Part shown: in pieces, positions 22,330-32,911 of the stretch | Numbering within the stretch: the first letter of the stretch is position 1 | Layout of the letters: every line of letters begins with the position of its first letter | From: Pachysolen tannophilus NRRL Y-2460 | Taxonomy: Eukaryota | Length of the DNA stretch: 64,000 bases | Assembly (NCBI GenBank): GCA_001661245.1 | Contig: KV454011.1 | Location: forward strand, 960,426-1,024,425 | Direction: 5' to 3' | The notes under the pieces: model-generated | Databases searched by the model: none | Seen by the model: only the letters and a program-made list of their open reading frames with translations | Told to the model about the DNA's origin: nothing | Translations under genes and position numbers: made by a program

Positions 22330-24972
22330 GGTTTTTTTTTGATCAACTTTTTTTATTTATTTCTTTCAAGCGGAAATTTTTTTTAAATTGAAAATCTAGA
22401 ATAGAAGTAGAGATACTACTCTTCACATAGATAATACCTTATTTTCAAAAAATGTGGGGAAACATTTTTTTCATTCTTTTCCTTTTTCTTCTTGGAAACA
22501 ATAAGCAATTAAGAAATTAACTACTGTTTTTACAATTGAGCAATTCAACCTAAGAAACGTTACCTTATCTTTATAATTCATGGAGATCGATTCAAGTTGC
22601 CAGTTTTTTTTGTTCTTTTTACGCATGGAAGAAAAAAAAGAAAAAAATTACTTTAAAAGCGAACTTTTAAACCCTAGTTGAATTACCAGTTTCGAAAATT
22701 ATTAATTTTATTATTTTGTACCGTGTCACAGTGCATCAACTAGCCTTCGATAATTACAAAATTTTAATGTCTCTTTTTTTTTAAAAAATAAATAAAAAAT
22801 AACTAAAAATCTGGAGAAATATTTTGGACATTATTATTAATTTATCAATTCGAGGAGGGGATTGAAAAATAAAAGAAGAAGTAAAAGAAATAAAAAAATT
22901 AATTCTTTTTTTTTTTCTTTCATTCAAAAAAAAATTATTACTTTTCAATTTTTTTCTATACGTAACCAACGAAAATCAAAGCTGTTTTATTATTTTCTTA
23001 GTGCTTTGTCTCAGACTTTATTAGACTAGCTAATGCATAAGTTTTTTTGTTCTTATACAGAACACAGAATGTAAAAGAATACCTTATTTGTGGCTATACA
23101 CACAGTACTAAAAAATATCAGTTTCTCACTAAAAAGTGAATCAACTACAAGACTAAGCCATAATACTGAATTAACTAAAATAAATAAAAAAAATAAATAA
23201 ATAAATAGTCGAAAATAGAAAAAAAATAAAAAAATAAAAAATAAAAAATAAAAAAATTTTTCTCTTCATTCTGCACAGCGGAATATCAGAACACAGACTA
23301 AGATATTAATTAATACCGTAAAATTTCATTTTATAAAAACTATATATTACATTTTTGTAATATTCAAAAACTCAATTAAAGCCATTAGCTCTATATAATA
23401 CTTTTGAATATTATTAATCAATTTTCGTACATCTATATGTAGAATTGAAAGTATATCGATATGGCTCCAAAAAAAAAAAAAAAAAAAAAAAAAAAAGAAA
23501 AGAAAGTAGGTGACAAAATTAAGGTTGAAATATGCATGAGAATGTAAAATCTAAGTTGCTCTATATGCATGGAAAGTTGGCTCTCCATACAAATCTCATT
23601 TGATAGTAAATGAATAATACTTCTAAAATAAATTCTTTGAGACAGGATACGTAACCGATCCTTCTCTTTCATTGAATAAATAGATTTATTCAAATGTCAA
23701 TTTCAACCATTGTGCATCTCTTTTGCTTAATTTTTATCAAACCAATGGTACATCTTTTATTGTTTCGTACATTTTCTTTTTTTTTTTTTTTTTGTTTTCT
23801 TATATTTGTCGTCACTAGCAATCTTTAGTCAGAAAAAGTCTACATCAAGGGATTGAACTTGAATGACCTAATGAATTAAGTTTCAATTCAATCGGTTTTC
23901 TCTGTTCATTTATTTTGAAGCAATGTTTTTTGTTTTCTTCTTTTCTATTAACCAATTAGCCTGACCAAACTCAACTTAACCTAACCGATAAAAGAAGAAG
24001 AAAAAAAAAATGCCTTTTTTTTTATTTTTTGGGTTCAGAATAATTTGGGTAATTCTCTCCGAAGATTCTGAGCCACGAAACTTGGGTTCTCTTCTACTTT
24101 TTTGTTGGTCTTTTTCCCTTACCCCTAATTATTGGAAAATTCAAAAAAAAAAAAACCCTCAATTGCATAAGATTGCAAGCCCAATATTCAGACCCATATA
24201 CAGCATTAACAGTTAAACCGTGGATCTTCTTTTTTTTATTTTTTATTTTTTATTTTCTATCAATTACATCTTATCTACTACCAAATAATGATTACAAACT
24301 CTTAACTGATACACAAGTCAGTGACCTCGGTTTTCAATATAGAGCTCTATTTTTAAATTTTTTTTTTCCTGGATTGAGGGAAAATTTTTTAAAGTTTGGA
24401 AAGAAGAACAAAAATATAAAGTTAAAGTTAGAACACTATGCATGGGATATAGTGATACAGCAAAGATACCCACCATGTTTGTAGGCTAATAAAATGTATG
24501 GTAAAAGCTTCTCTCTTGTACCGTGTGTGATTTTATGTAGTGAGAGAGAGACATAGAGAGAGACTTAAAGAGAGAGAAAAAAAAAATTTATTGTCGAAAA
24601 TTTACATTTTAAATTTTAATATCCGAAACCATGAATTCAAAGTAACGTAGGAATATTTTGATGATAGGTATTTATTTTATGTAAAATTCTTGGCTAATCG
24701 GGTAAGATCTTTTGCTTTCTTATTTTTATAAAAAATAGATATAAATATTGGTTCAATTCCTTTAAAATTTAACTTAAAAGAAGAACTTTCCGTAGAGAGA
24801 GACTGATATTTCAATTATTATTTTTTATTTTATATTATATTATATTATTTTTATTTTTATTTTAATTTTTTATTTTTATTTTTATATTTTTTTTGTTTTC
24901 TGTATATCGTCAAGGCGATACTTTACAGTTTGGTTATTCTTAGATAAAGTGAAATAGAATTTACCATTCCGT

Positions 24973-25174
24973 ATGAAGAAGGATTTCACCCTGCTTATGA
25001 TGGAACAAAACTATCCAAGCCAAGTTTTGGCATTTTGGGATAATAATAAACCTTTAGATGGGAAAGAAAATAAGAAACAGGTACAGAACCAGTTTCAGCA
25101 ACAGCAACAACAACAAATTTTACATCAACAGTACCTTCAACAACAACTATTACTTGAACAGCAACAGCAACAGC

Positions 25175-25214
<40 letters not shown>

Positions 25215-25384
25215 TCTTTTGCCTACTAACTTTAATTTATCAGATAGTTCATCGAACATTAATATACTTGGAAATTCGAATAGCCAAATTCCATTTTATA
25301 CCTTCAACTCAAATAAATCAACTAATAATACCCAACCCCCACTTAACAGTTTTTACTTTCCACTACAGCAACAGCAACAACAGC

Positions 25385-25421
<37 letters not shown>

Positions 25422-26211
25422 GCTGGTGCAGCAATTTCAACATGATAACCAACTAATTGCAACTTCTCAATCTTTACCCAATTACAATTTGGATTTACCA
25501 GCATCATCAACAGAACCAGCAGGTTTAGAATTTATTCAAGCCAGCCTGAATATTTATAAATCTGACGGAAAACCATTCAACTATACAATGAAGGTTGAAG
25601 AAGCACCAGATTCAAGTGGATCTTTAAACTCTCAGAAACAGTTACAATCCACATATACAACCCCAATTTCTGGATTTCCAAATTTAAATTGGGTTCAAGC
25701 AGGAGTTTCTGGAGTTGACATTACTGGATCTTTGTCAACACCACAAGAAAACTCGATATTAGAAATCCCAGACCCAACAGCTTTTATCCCAACAGTTGAA
25801 AGCAATGGAGTTAAATATAGAACTACAAGAGCAAACTCATTAGATGCTTTCAATATAGCCATGAATGCAAATTTTAGAAAAAACAACAAATCTTCAAAAG
25901 CTTCATTATCTCCAGCTTCTTCAGAATCAAGCTTCACTTCTGGAAGTCAAAGTGGAGGAAACTATTGTGATAAAAGAACAAGCAAGAGATCAAGAATGGG
26001 ATGTTTGACTTGTCGTCAAAGAAAAAAGAGATGTTGTGAAAATAAGCCAAGATGTGAAGAGTGTGCAAGGCTAGGTTTGAATTGTGTTTGGCCAATTCCA
26101 GGAACAGAGCATAAGAATAGATCCAAAAACAACAAATTTGGTCACAATGAAATGGTTCATAGTGTCTACGGAAATATCAAGATATTGAGGGGTATCATTG
26201 AAAAAAATTAA
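24973..26211 (+). CDS. CZF1: Zn(II)2Cys6 transcription factor with C-terminal zinc cluster and poly-Q N-terminus
   Basis: KRSRMGCLTCRQRKKRCCENKPRCEECARLGLNCVWPIPGTEHKN and terminal GNIKILRGIIE closely match the C. albicans Czf1 C-terminus as I recall it. Confidence 0.82.
25093..25422 (+). repeat. CAA/CAG trinucleotide tracts encoding poly-Gln in CZF1
   Basis: Two long (CAA/CAG)n runs near 25159-25212 and 25366-25422, plus a shorter run upstream. Confidence 0.95.
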
Positions 26212-27848
26212 TCTTTTATAATACATTTTTTTATTTTATTTTTTTATTCTACATTTTCACATTTTGTAACTATTTGTTTCAACTAATATCGCTTCTTTAC
26301 ATTTTCTTTTTTTATTTTAATTACTTTTTTAATATTCTTTTTTTTTTTATTGGTTCTTTTTATTGGTTATTAGGTTCTCTCTGTTTCTAGATTATATTGT
26401 ATTTTATATCATTCTTAATTTAATTTATACAAGTATCATATTAATTTAATCAAATTTTTTGTCAAATTACCAAGAAAAAAAGAAAAGATTAATACCATTA
26501 AAGTAGTGAGTGAGACAAAGTGTATTTTCCTGCAGAAAGTTTAATTTTTTTGCGGTGCAGTTTTTGTAGACCATCTTTATGACCCAGAAACTTTAACCTG
26601 AATAAAAGATTTTTAATATTAACCAATAACCAATAACCAATTCACCACTTGATTCAATTGAATTCAAAATAATTCATTTTTATTCATTATTATTTTGGAA
26701 ATAAGAAAATAAAACGGAAAATGGCTTCTTTCAAAGGTAGGCTGTTACCCTTTTCATGAAATTGTACAGCTATTTACGCACGCTTGAGACCATGCAATGC
26801 ATAGTAAATCAGTTTAGACATAGAAGGGAGGGAGGACTATTTAAATTAATACTAACAGATATAATAAATATGTCTTTGTCAAAAAAAAAAAAAAAAAAAG
26901 AAAAGTAATAAAAAAAAACTAGCCATTAACAATAACTTTTATTTATTTTTATTTTTTTTATTCTATTTTTTTTTTCATTTTTTCTTCTTCTTTAATAGAT
27001 GAAAAGTTAGTTTCAACTTCATCGAATTGAGTGATAAATTTTTATTTTTTTTGCTTTTTTTTTTTTCTCAATTGAGATTTAAATTATATGGGGGGATTCG
27101 AATGTTGAAGTAGTTTTAGTGAATGGAAAAATTAATGATAGATAGATGCATGGAAGAAAGTAGCAGTTAATATTAATGCAGGTGGCTTGGAAAGATTTTT
27201 TTCATTTTTTTGTTTTTTTTCTTTCATTATGGGCGAGAATATGAAACTGACCCACTTTTTTCGCTTTTTTTTTTCCGTTTTTTTATTTTCCAACTGCTTT
27301 CTTTCAAATTCCGTTAACGTTAAAACAAGGCTAGATCATTAAAAGTAAATAAATTCTGTCAAGTTTATCATCGGCCAGTTTTCAAGAATCTAAAATTTAG
27401 TAAAGTAATAAAATAAATTATTCTTTTTTCATATAGTTAAATAGAAGGTGAAGAATACGGCGAAACCGATCAAAATACAAGACATTGATGGTCTTAAGTT
27501 CTAGAAAGAATCTTGAACCTAATTTCATGGTTTTTTTTATTTTTTATTTTTTTATTTTTTTATTTTTTATTTTTTTCTAAAATAAAACGTTTGACAGGAA
27601 ACAAGATATACGCCATTATAGATAAATGTCCCGCATACATAAATAAGTATACAAAATATTATTACAGTACAAATCTTTTTCTGTGACGTTCTGCTTTTTT
27701 TTTTTTTTTCATTCTGAAAAATTATATCCAGAAAAAAAAGAAAAGATGAAAAAAAAAAACTTTATACTTTTATAATAATAACAAACAAACACATGGAGAA
27801 CCAAGTGCAGGTTTATTATTTGGAAAACAGAAACTGTCCGCGAAAGAA

Positions 27849-27920
27849 GCCATCCTAGTATAGTGGTAAGTACACCTCGTTGTGGCCGAGGAAACCCAGG
27901 TTCGATTCCCGGGGATGGCA
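27849..27920 (+). tRNA. tRNA-His (GTG), no intron
   Basis: Acceptor stem GCCATCC/GGATGGC, anticodon arm CCTCG-TTGTGGC-CGAGG, T-loop GGTTCGATTC, and a downstream T-run as Pol III terminator. Confidence 0.97.
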
Positions 27921-28342
27921 ATAGAATTTTTTTTGTTTTTTTATTTTATTTTATTTTATTAGCTTTTTTTTGGCTATTTGGTTTAAAACAACCAAACTGG
28001 ACTTTTTTTTTATTTATTAATTTCTTCATCTAATTAATGCTCTTTAGATGCGAGTTAAATTGTAAATATAAACATTAAAAATTATTTTCCTGTCTCCTAT
28101 GATCTAATTAAATAAAACAGTACAATAACATTTATAAAAAGAAAAAAGATAAAAAAACAATTCTCCAACTCTCTCTTTTAAAAAATAATAAAAAAAAAAA
28201 ATAAAATTAAAATCCATACCAAATCATCAAAAAAAAATAGTGAAAAAGAAAGAAATAAACAAAGAAAGAAATAAAAAAAAAAAAAAATAAACTTGTTTAC
28301 ATGTTGATTGTAACTTGAGAAAACCAGATTAAAAAACAGTCT

Positions 28343-29194
28343 TTAATTTTTAGTTGTACTTGAATCAGTATTAGTAACCTCTTTATAGCTTGGTAATGAT
28401 GATGATCCCTCTTCTGTAGCTTCCGAACTAACACCTGCAGTTGTAGTACCAAGGGTATTATTATCTTTACTTTGTTGTTGAGGTGGGGGTGCGCTTGGCC
28501 TTTCAAATGTATTCATTTCGTAGTTGGCGGTGTTGTTATTACTGGTGTTAACGTTGACATTGTTATTATTGTTTTCTGCTGCGGCATCTGGGTTTGTACC
28601 ATTGAAATGAACATGATGGTGATAAAATCTTCCAAAATCTCTTTGGAAATTATGCCAAATATCATCATCTCCTGTAATATTACTAGTGGTGTTTGTAGTT
28701 GCTCCAGTATGGTCATGTGTCTGCTGAGGTACTGCGGGAGGAACATAATGAGGGTTGACATTACCGCCAGTTTCATCACTGACTATAGCTGGACCGGGTC
28801 CATTGATTCCATCACCGTAAAGAGCTTCCACATTCTTTGGTGGCGCCTGTTGTGGACGGAAATTTGGATTAGGATGGAATACACCTTGATTATCATAATA
28901 CCCTGCATCATTTGCCAGAGCTGTTGCTGAATAAGGTGGAACGGCGGTAGAATTCATAGGTTGATTATATTGTCTCTGAGACAGGTAATATGACGGTGGA
29001 GTAATCCATGATGTACCTCTTATAGGCTTTGCGCCTACCTTCAATCTTCTCTTATTGATCCTTAAAGTATAAATCAATAAAAATATAATCGCTAATATGA
29101 AAAGGGCAAAAAAAGCCCATCTAGCGTTGTCATAACTTGAATCACCACTATCGTCCCCCCAACCCCAATACCTTTTCGTAATTATGGGTGCCAT
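28343..29194 (-). CDS. RCR-family single-pass membrane protein (Rsp5 adaptor, Congo-red resistance; Rcr1/Rcr2-like)
   Basis: TM helix WAFFALFILAIIFLLIY, then a basic stretch, PIRGTSWITPPSY, and PY-type motifs VPPY and LPSY. Confidence 0.85.
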   Translation of the reverse strand: MAPIITKRYWGWGDDSGDSSYDNARWAFFALFILAIIFLLIYTLRINKRRLKVGAKPIRGTSWITPPSYYLSQRQYNQPMNSTAVPPYSATALANDAGYYDNQGVFHPNPNFRPQQAPPKNVEALYGDGINGPGPAIVSDETGGNVNPHYVPPAVPQQTHDHTGATTNTTSNITGDDDIWHNFQRDFGRFYHHHVHFNGTNPDAAAENNNNNVNVNTSNNNTANYEMNTFERPSAPPPQQQSKDNNTLGTTTAGVSSEATEEGSSSLPSYKEVTNTDSSTTKN

Positions 29195-29510
29195 AATATT
29201 TTATGATATGATATGATAAAAAAAAAAAGATATATTATTCTTATTAGAAATTTTTTTTTTAAAAAAATTCCAATCAACCAAAGATTAATAAAATCAACAC
29301 AAAAAAAGAAAACACCTTATAGCTAAATCAATATTTTCAACTTTCAGTTGAACTTCACAACCGTTAAAGTCTTATCTGCTAACTCCAAAATATATATTAT
29401 TATATTTATTATTAATAATTTATACTACTATTTAATTAGCCAAAAAAAAAAAAAGGACAATTTAAAAAAAATCAACTAAGACCGAAAACAGCCCCGAAAA
29501 CGGCGGACAT

Positions 29511-29574
29511 TTTCAGCGGGCGGGCTTCTTCAGCGGGCTTGTTAAGGGGCTTCTTCAACGGGCCTCTTCGGGGG
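29511..29574. repeat. GC-rich degenerate 12-13 bp tandem repeat (GGGCTTCTTCAGC-like)
   Basis: Units start at 29522, 29535, 29547 and 29560. Confidence 0.75.
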
Positions 29575-29587
29575 ACTAGAGAGTAAC

Positions 29588-30916
29588 TCAAACTAAGCCA
29601 ATTTTCTTGTAGAAAGCTGTCTGATGGGAGATGGTGTCTATCATGATTCCGATAAGCCATAACTTATGGTCTGGAGATGTTGCAACTTTCCATTGGGAGT
29701 TTAAAATTTTTAGTTGAACCGGGTTGTTTTGAAGTTTTGAAAGTGAAGAATTGAAAAATTCATTGTTCATTTCTCTGTCATTTACGATGCAATGACACCC
29801 ATCTAATTCTACTGCTAAAGTCAAAGTTGAAGTGAGATCATCATAAAGAAGTGGATTATTTGAGTCGAAACTTAACAATTGGTATAATTTTTTTGCTGTT
29901 TTATTTATTATATGCAAAGAAGCTGATTTTGAATCACTGTTTAAAAGTAATGAAATTTCTGAATTTTCCTTTATTTGAATGACCAAGTTTCTATAAATGT
30001 CCTTATCTGCAAAAGGCCTCGAGTATTTTAATATCAGGTTACTATTGTCATTGTTATGCACATTGTGAGGGCCTTCGCAAAGGGTATGGCAAAGGGCATT
30101 GCTTGGTAGCAATAACCCTTTCTTCTTTATATCTTTTAAATTTATTATTATTTCTTCTTCTTGGGTAAAAGGGTTCAACAATATTTTGTGACTAATTAAT
30201 TTTTGTTCCAATGCTAAAAATCTATAATACCTGCATTCTTGTAATAAATTTTCTCTATGAATTTCATTTTTAATGATTATATCCTTTCCTTGTAAGCAAC
30301 TTAACAATTCTTCAAATAATTCAGGAGAATGGTTTGATATTACTGGAGGTTCTTGAGGTGGAGGTCTTAAGATATCTTTTAACAGGGATAATTTTGTTGG
30401 ATCTTGAAATAATGTGTTATAACATATACTGAAAAAATTGGGGAAATTCCCCTCTGAAGTGATCAAATCTTTTGAGATTCTAAAAGATTTACTACCAATC
30501 AGAGTAAAGATATCATTCTCATATAACAGTGTTTTCAATTTTGGAAGACTAAAATAATTTGCATCTGAAAATAAATAAACAAATTCAAATTCATTTTCAA
30601 TTTTTATATGATAACCTTGAAGATGAAGATAAATTTTCTCAAAAACTGTAGGTGATCTATCAATGAATAAGACCTTATCACCATTTCCCTCTTTTAAGAA
30701 AAAACTAGTAAAATAAGATGGACAATCAGAGGACAATGAAGCTCCACTTACCTTGAAAACTTTAGCACCAACTTGAATTGAATACATTTTCTCATGTGGT
30801 AATACACCTGGTATCAACAAATTGTTAAATGGATCTCTCTGGAATTTCATATCACCTTCATCATTCGAATTTTCCCTGACACTATGGAGCAGAACATCTT
30901 TATTTCTTTCAGCCAT
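29588..30916 (-). CDS. Tandem BTB/POZ-domain protein (YDR132C/YLR108C family)
   Basis: Segments LPHEKMYSIQVG..FKVSGASLSSDCPSYF, LFIDRSP..F..IYLHLQGY and LLQECRYYRF..LEQKL. Confidence 0.85.
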   Translation of the reverse strand: MAERNKDVLLHSVRENSNDEGDMKFQRDPFNNLLIPGVLPHEKMYSIQVGAKVFKVSGASLSSDCPSYFTSFFLKEGNGDKVLFIDRSPTVFEKIYLHLQGYHIKIENEFEFVYLFSDANYFSLPKLKTLLYENDIFTLIGSKSFRISKDLITSEGNFPNFFSICYNTLFQDPTKLSLLKDILRPPPQEPPVISNHSPELFEELLSCLQGKDIIIKNEIHRENLLQECRYYRFLALEQKLISHKILLNPFTQEEEIIINLKDIKKKGLLLPSNALCHTLCEGPHNVHNNDNSNLILKYSRPFADKDIYRNLVIQIKENSEISLLLNSDSKSASLHIINKTAKKLYQLLSFDSNNPLLYDDLTSTLTLAVELDGCHCIVNDREMNNEFFNSSLSKLQNNPVQLKILNSQWKVATSPDHKLWLIGIMIDTISHQTAFYKKIGLV

Positions 30917-31533
30917 GATTCGTTTAATAACTGACTACTTCTCATACTTATCAATGGAAACTTCCTTTCTATTCAAGTCGCATGCTAGAGTAAAGAAGAG
31001 TAAATCAAACTCCGTCGTGTCAAGAATCACACACCTTCCAAAAGAAGAAAGGTAATTACAACTGTTGACAATATACAAACTTGGATTATTAAAAGATTTC
31101 ATTCATCTTGTTCATTTTATTCATCTTGTTTCTACAATTCGTTGATTTTTCATGATTCATTAATTTATTAAATGGAAAAATATACTTGTTCAAAAAAGAT
31201 AAAAAAAAAAAAAAAAAAAAAAAATACTCAGAAAAAGAGTGAAAGTTTTTATGTAAACTTAATTCAAATTCAAAACCAATCTATATATTAAAACGCAAAA
31301 CTAAACCCACCCACAAGATTAAGATTAAAATTAAAAACTACCACAATGATTTAGATGTCATGAAAAAGACAACTACTATCAAATATTTTTATTTTTTTTT
31401 TTTTGATGTACATCACTTCAAATATAGATAATACATTTATTTAGCTTTTCTCAAGATTCAAATATTAATCTAGATTATTATTATTATTATTATTATTATT
31501 CTTTTATAATTTCGTAAACGTTTGCATAATTTT

Positions 31534-32070
31534 TTAAAACTTCATCAAGTGTGGTTTATCACCATGTTTGAGTGAAAATGAAGAAGCCAAATATTGCTTC
31601 AACAATGGTGTCTTTTTAATCTCATTGATCAAAGCTTTATCAACATTTTTCTGATCTTGAATTCTTTCTGCTTTGATTTCCTTTTTTTCAACTCCTTCAC
31701 CAAAAAATTTCTTTTCTGATTTCTTAGTTTTTTTATTATTACCTTGTTCTTTGGCAAAATATTCACCATTAAATTTCTCTAAATCCAACAGAGAAATATC
31801 TAGCCTTGTTGAAGTTGCAATGACATATCTTGCATTAACTCTTCTTAATGGAACACCATTGATCTTGAAAGGACCCGAGACAAGTAAAATGTTATCTTGT
31901 AAATTTTTCAAATAAACAACTCTTTTACCTCTAAATCTACCAGCCAATAAAATTAAAATAGTTCCTGGAGTAATCGATTTCCTCAATTTAGATGGCCTAG
32001 CAGATTTTCTAGCTTTCTTTGGAACTTGAGCATCTTCCGATTGATACCATTTTGGAGGTTCTGTTGACAT
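31534..32070 (-). CDS. RPL6: 60S ribosomal protein L6 (eL6)
   Basis: Motifs [51 protein letters not shown] and GDKPHLMKF. Confidence 0.97.
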   Translation of the reverse strand: MSTEPPKWYQSEDAQVPKKARKSARPSKLRKSITPGTILILLAGRFRGKRVVYLKNLQDNILLVSGPFKINGVPLRRVNARYVIATSTRLDISLLDLEKFNGEYFAKEQGNNKKTKKSEKKFFGEGVEKKEIKAERIQDQKNVDKALINEIKKTPLLKQYLASSFSLKHGDKPHLMKF

Positions 32071-32442
32071 CTTTAAAGCAAGATGAGTTAGTTGCCTTCA
32101 CTAACGAAAAAAAAGGAGGAAAAAAAAAAAAGGTACAAATACAATAACTTAGAATAACTATATAAAAATAAAAANNNNNNNNNNNNNNNNNNNNNNNNNN
32201 NNNNNNNNNNNNNNNNNNNNNNNNNNNNNNNNNNNNNNNNNNNNNNNNNNNNNNNNNNNNNNNNNNNNNNNNNNNNNNNNNNNNNNNNNNNNNNNNNNNN
32301 NNNNNNNNNNNNNNNNNNNNNNNNNNNNNNNNNNNNNNNNNNNNNNNNNNNNNNNNNNNNNNNNNNNNNNNNNNNNNNNNNNNNNNNNNNNNNNNNNNNN
32401 NNNNNNNNNNNNNNNNNNNNNNNNNNNNNNNNNNNNNNNNNN

Positions 32443-32495
<53 letters not shown>

Positions 32496-32608
32496 AAAAT
32501 GAAAATGAAAATTCTGAGTCATCTCGAAGCGTACATAATCGCTGTTTTGCGTCTTATTTATTATGGGCTCAAATTCGCAGCCCCTGTTTTTGCGGACAAA
32601 AAGTCTTC

Positions 32609-32730
32609 AAAATGACCCAAAATGACCTAAAATGGCCTAAAATGGCCTAAAAGGACCGAAAAGGACCGAAAAGGACTTAAAAGGCCCAAAAAAGAACCAA
32701 AAGGACCAAAATGACAAAAAGGTCCAAAAG
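32609..32730. repeat. Degenerate 10-bp tandem array (AAAATGACCT / AAAAGGACCG), about 11 units
   Basis: Consecutive units aatgacccaa aatgacctaa aatggcctaa aatggcctaa aaggaccgaa aaggaccgaa aaggacttaa aaggcccaaa aaagaaccaa aaggaccaaa. Confidence 0.92.
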
Positions 32731-32843
32731 TGTCAATAAATGAACCCGAGTAGCTCTCTCTCTCTCTCTCTCTCTTTGATTCTCTATCTTGGAAAAAGAA
32801 AAAGAAAAACAGAAAAAAAAAAGGGAAATTTTATAATTGGCAG

Positions 32844-32866
32844 CTTTAGGGCTACGTGCCCTAAAG
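32844..32866. promoter_or_regulatory. Tbf1-type palindrome upstream of RPL6
   Basis: CTTTAGGGC-TACGT-GCCCTAAAG is a perfect 9-bp inverted repeat containing TTAGGGCTA, the Candida ribosomal-protein gene element. Confidence 0.75.
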
Positions 32867-32877
32867 GCAGGACATAT

Positions 32878-32890
32878 ACACCCCACACCA
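32878..32890 (+). promoter_or_regulatory. Rap1-like site upstream of RPL6
   Basis: ACACCCCACACCA resembles the consensus ACACCCRYACAYY with mismatches. Confidence 0.45.
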
Positions 32891-32911
32891 CCTAAAACCA
32901 TCTCTATAACT

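Noticed and set aside
25058..25456. Poly-Asn ORF overlapping CZF1
   Set aside because: It is an alternative frame of the CAA repeats.
27709..27921. 70-aa minus-strand ORF
   Set aside because: It is the antisense reading of the tRNA-His gene.
32609..32730. CRISPR-like or telomeric array
   Set aside because: The context is eukaryotic and internal, units are only 10 bp, and there are no unique spacers.
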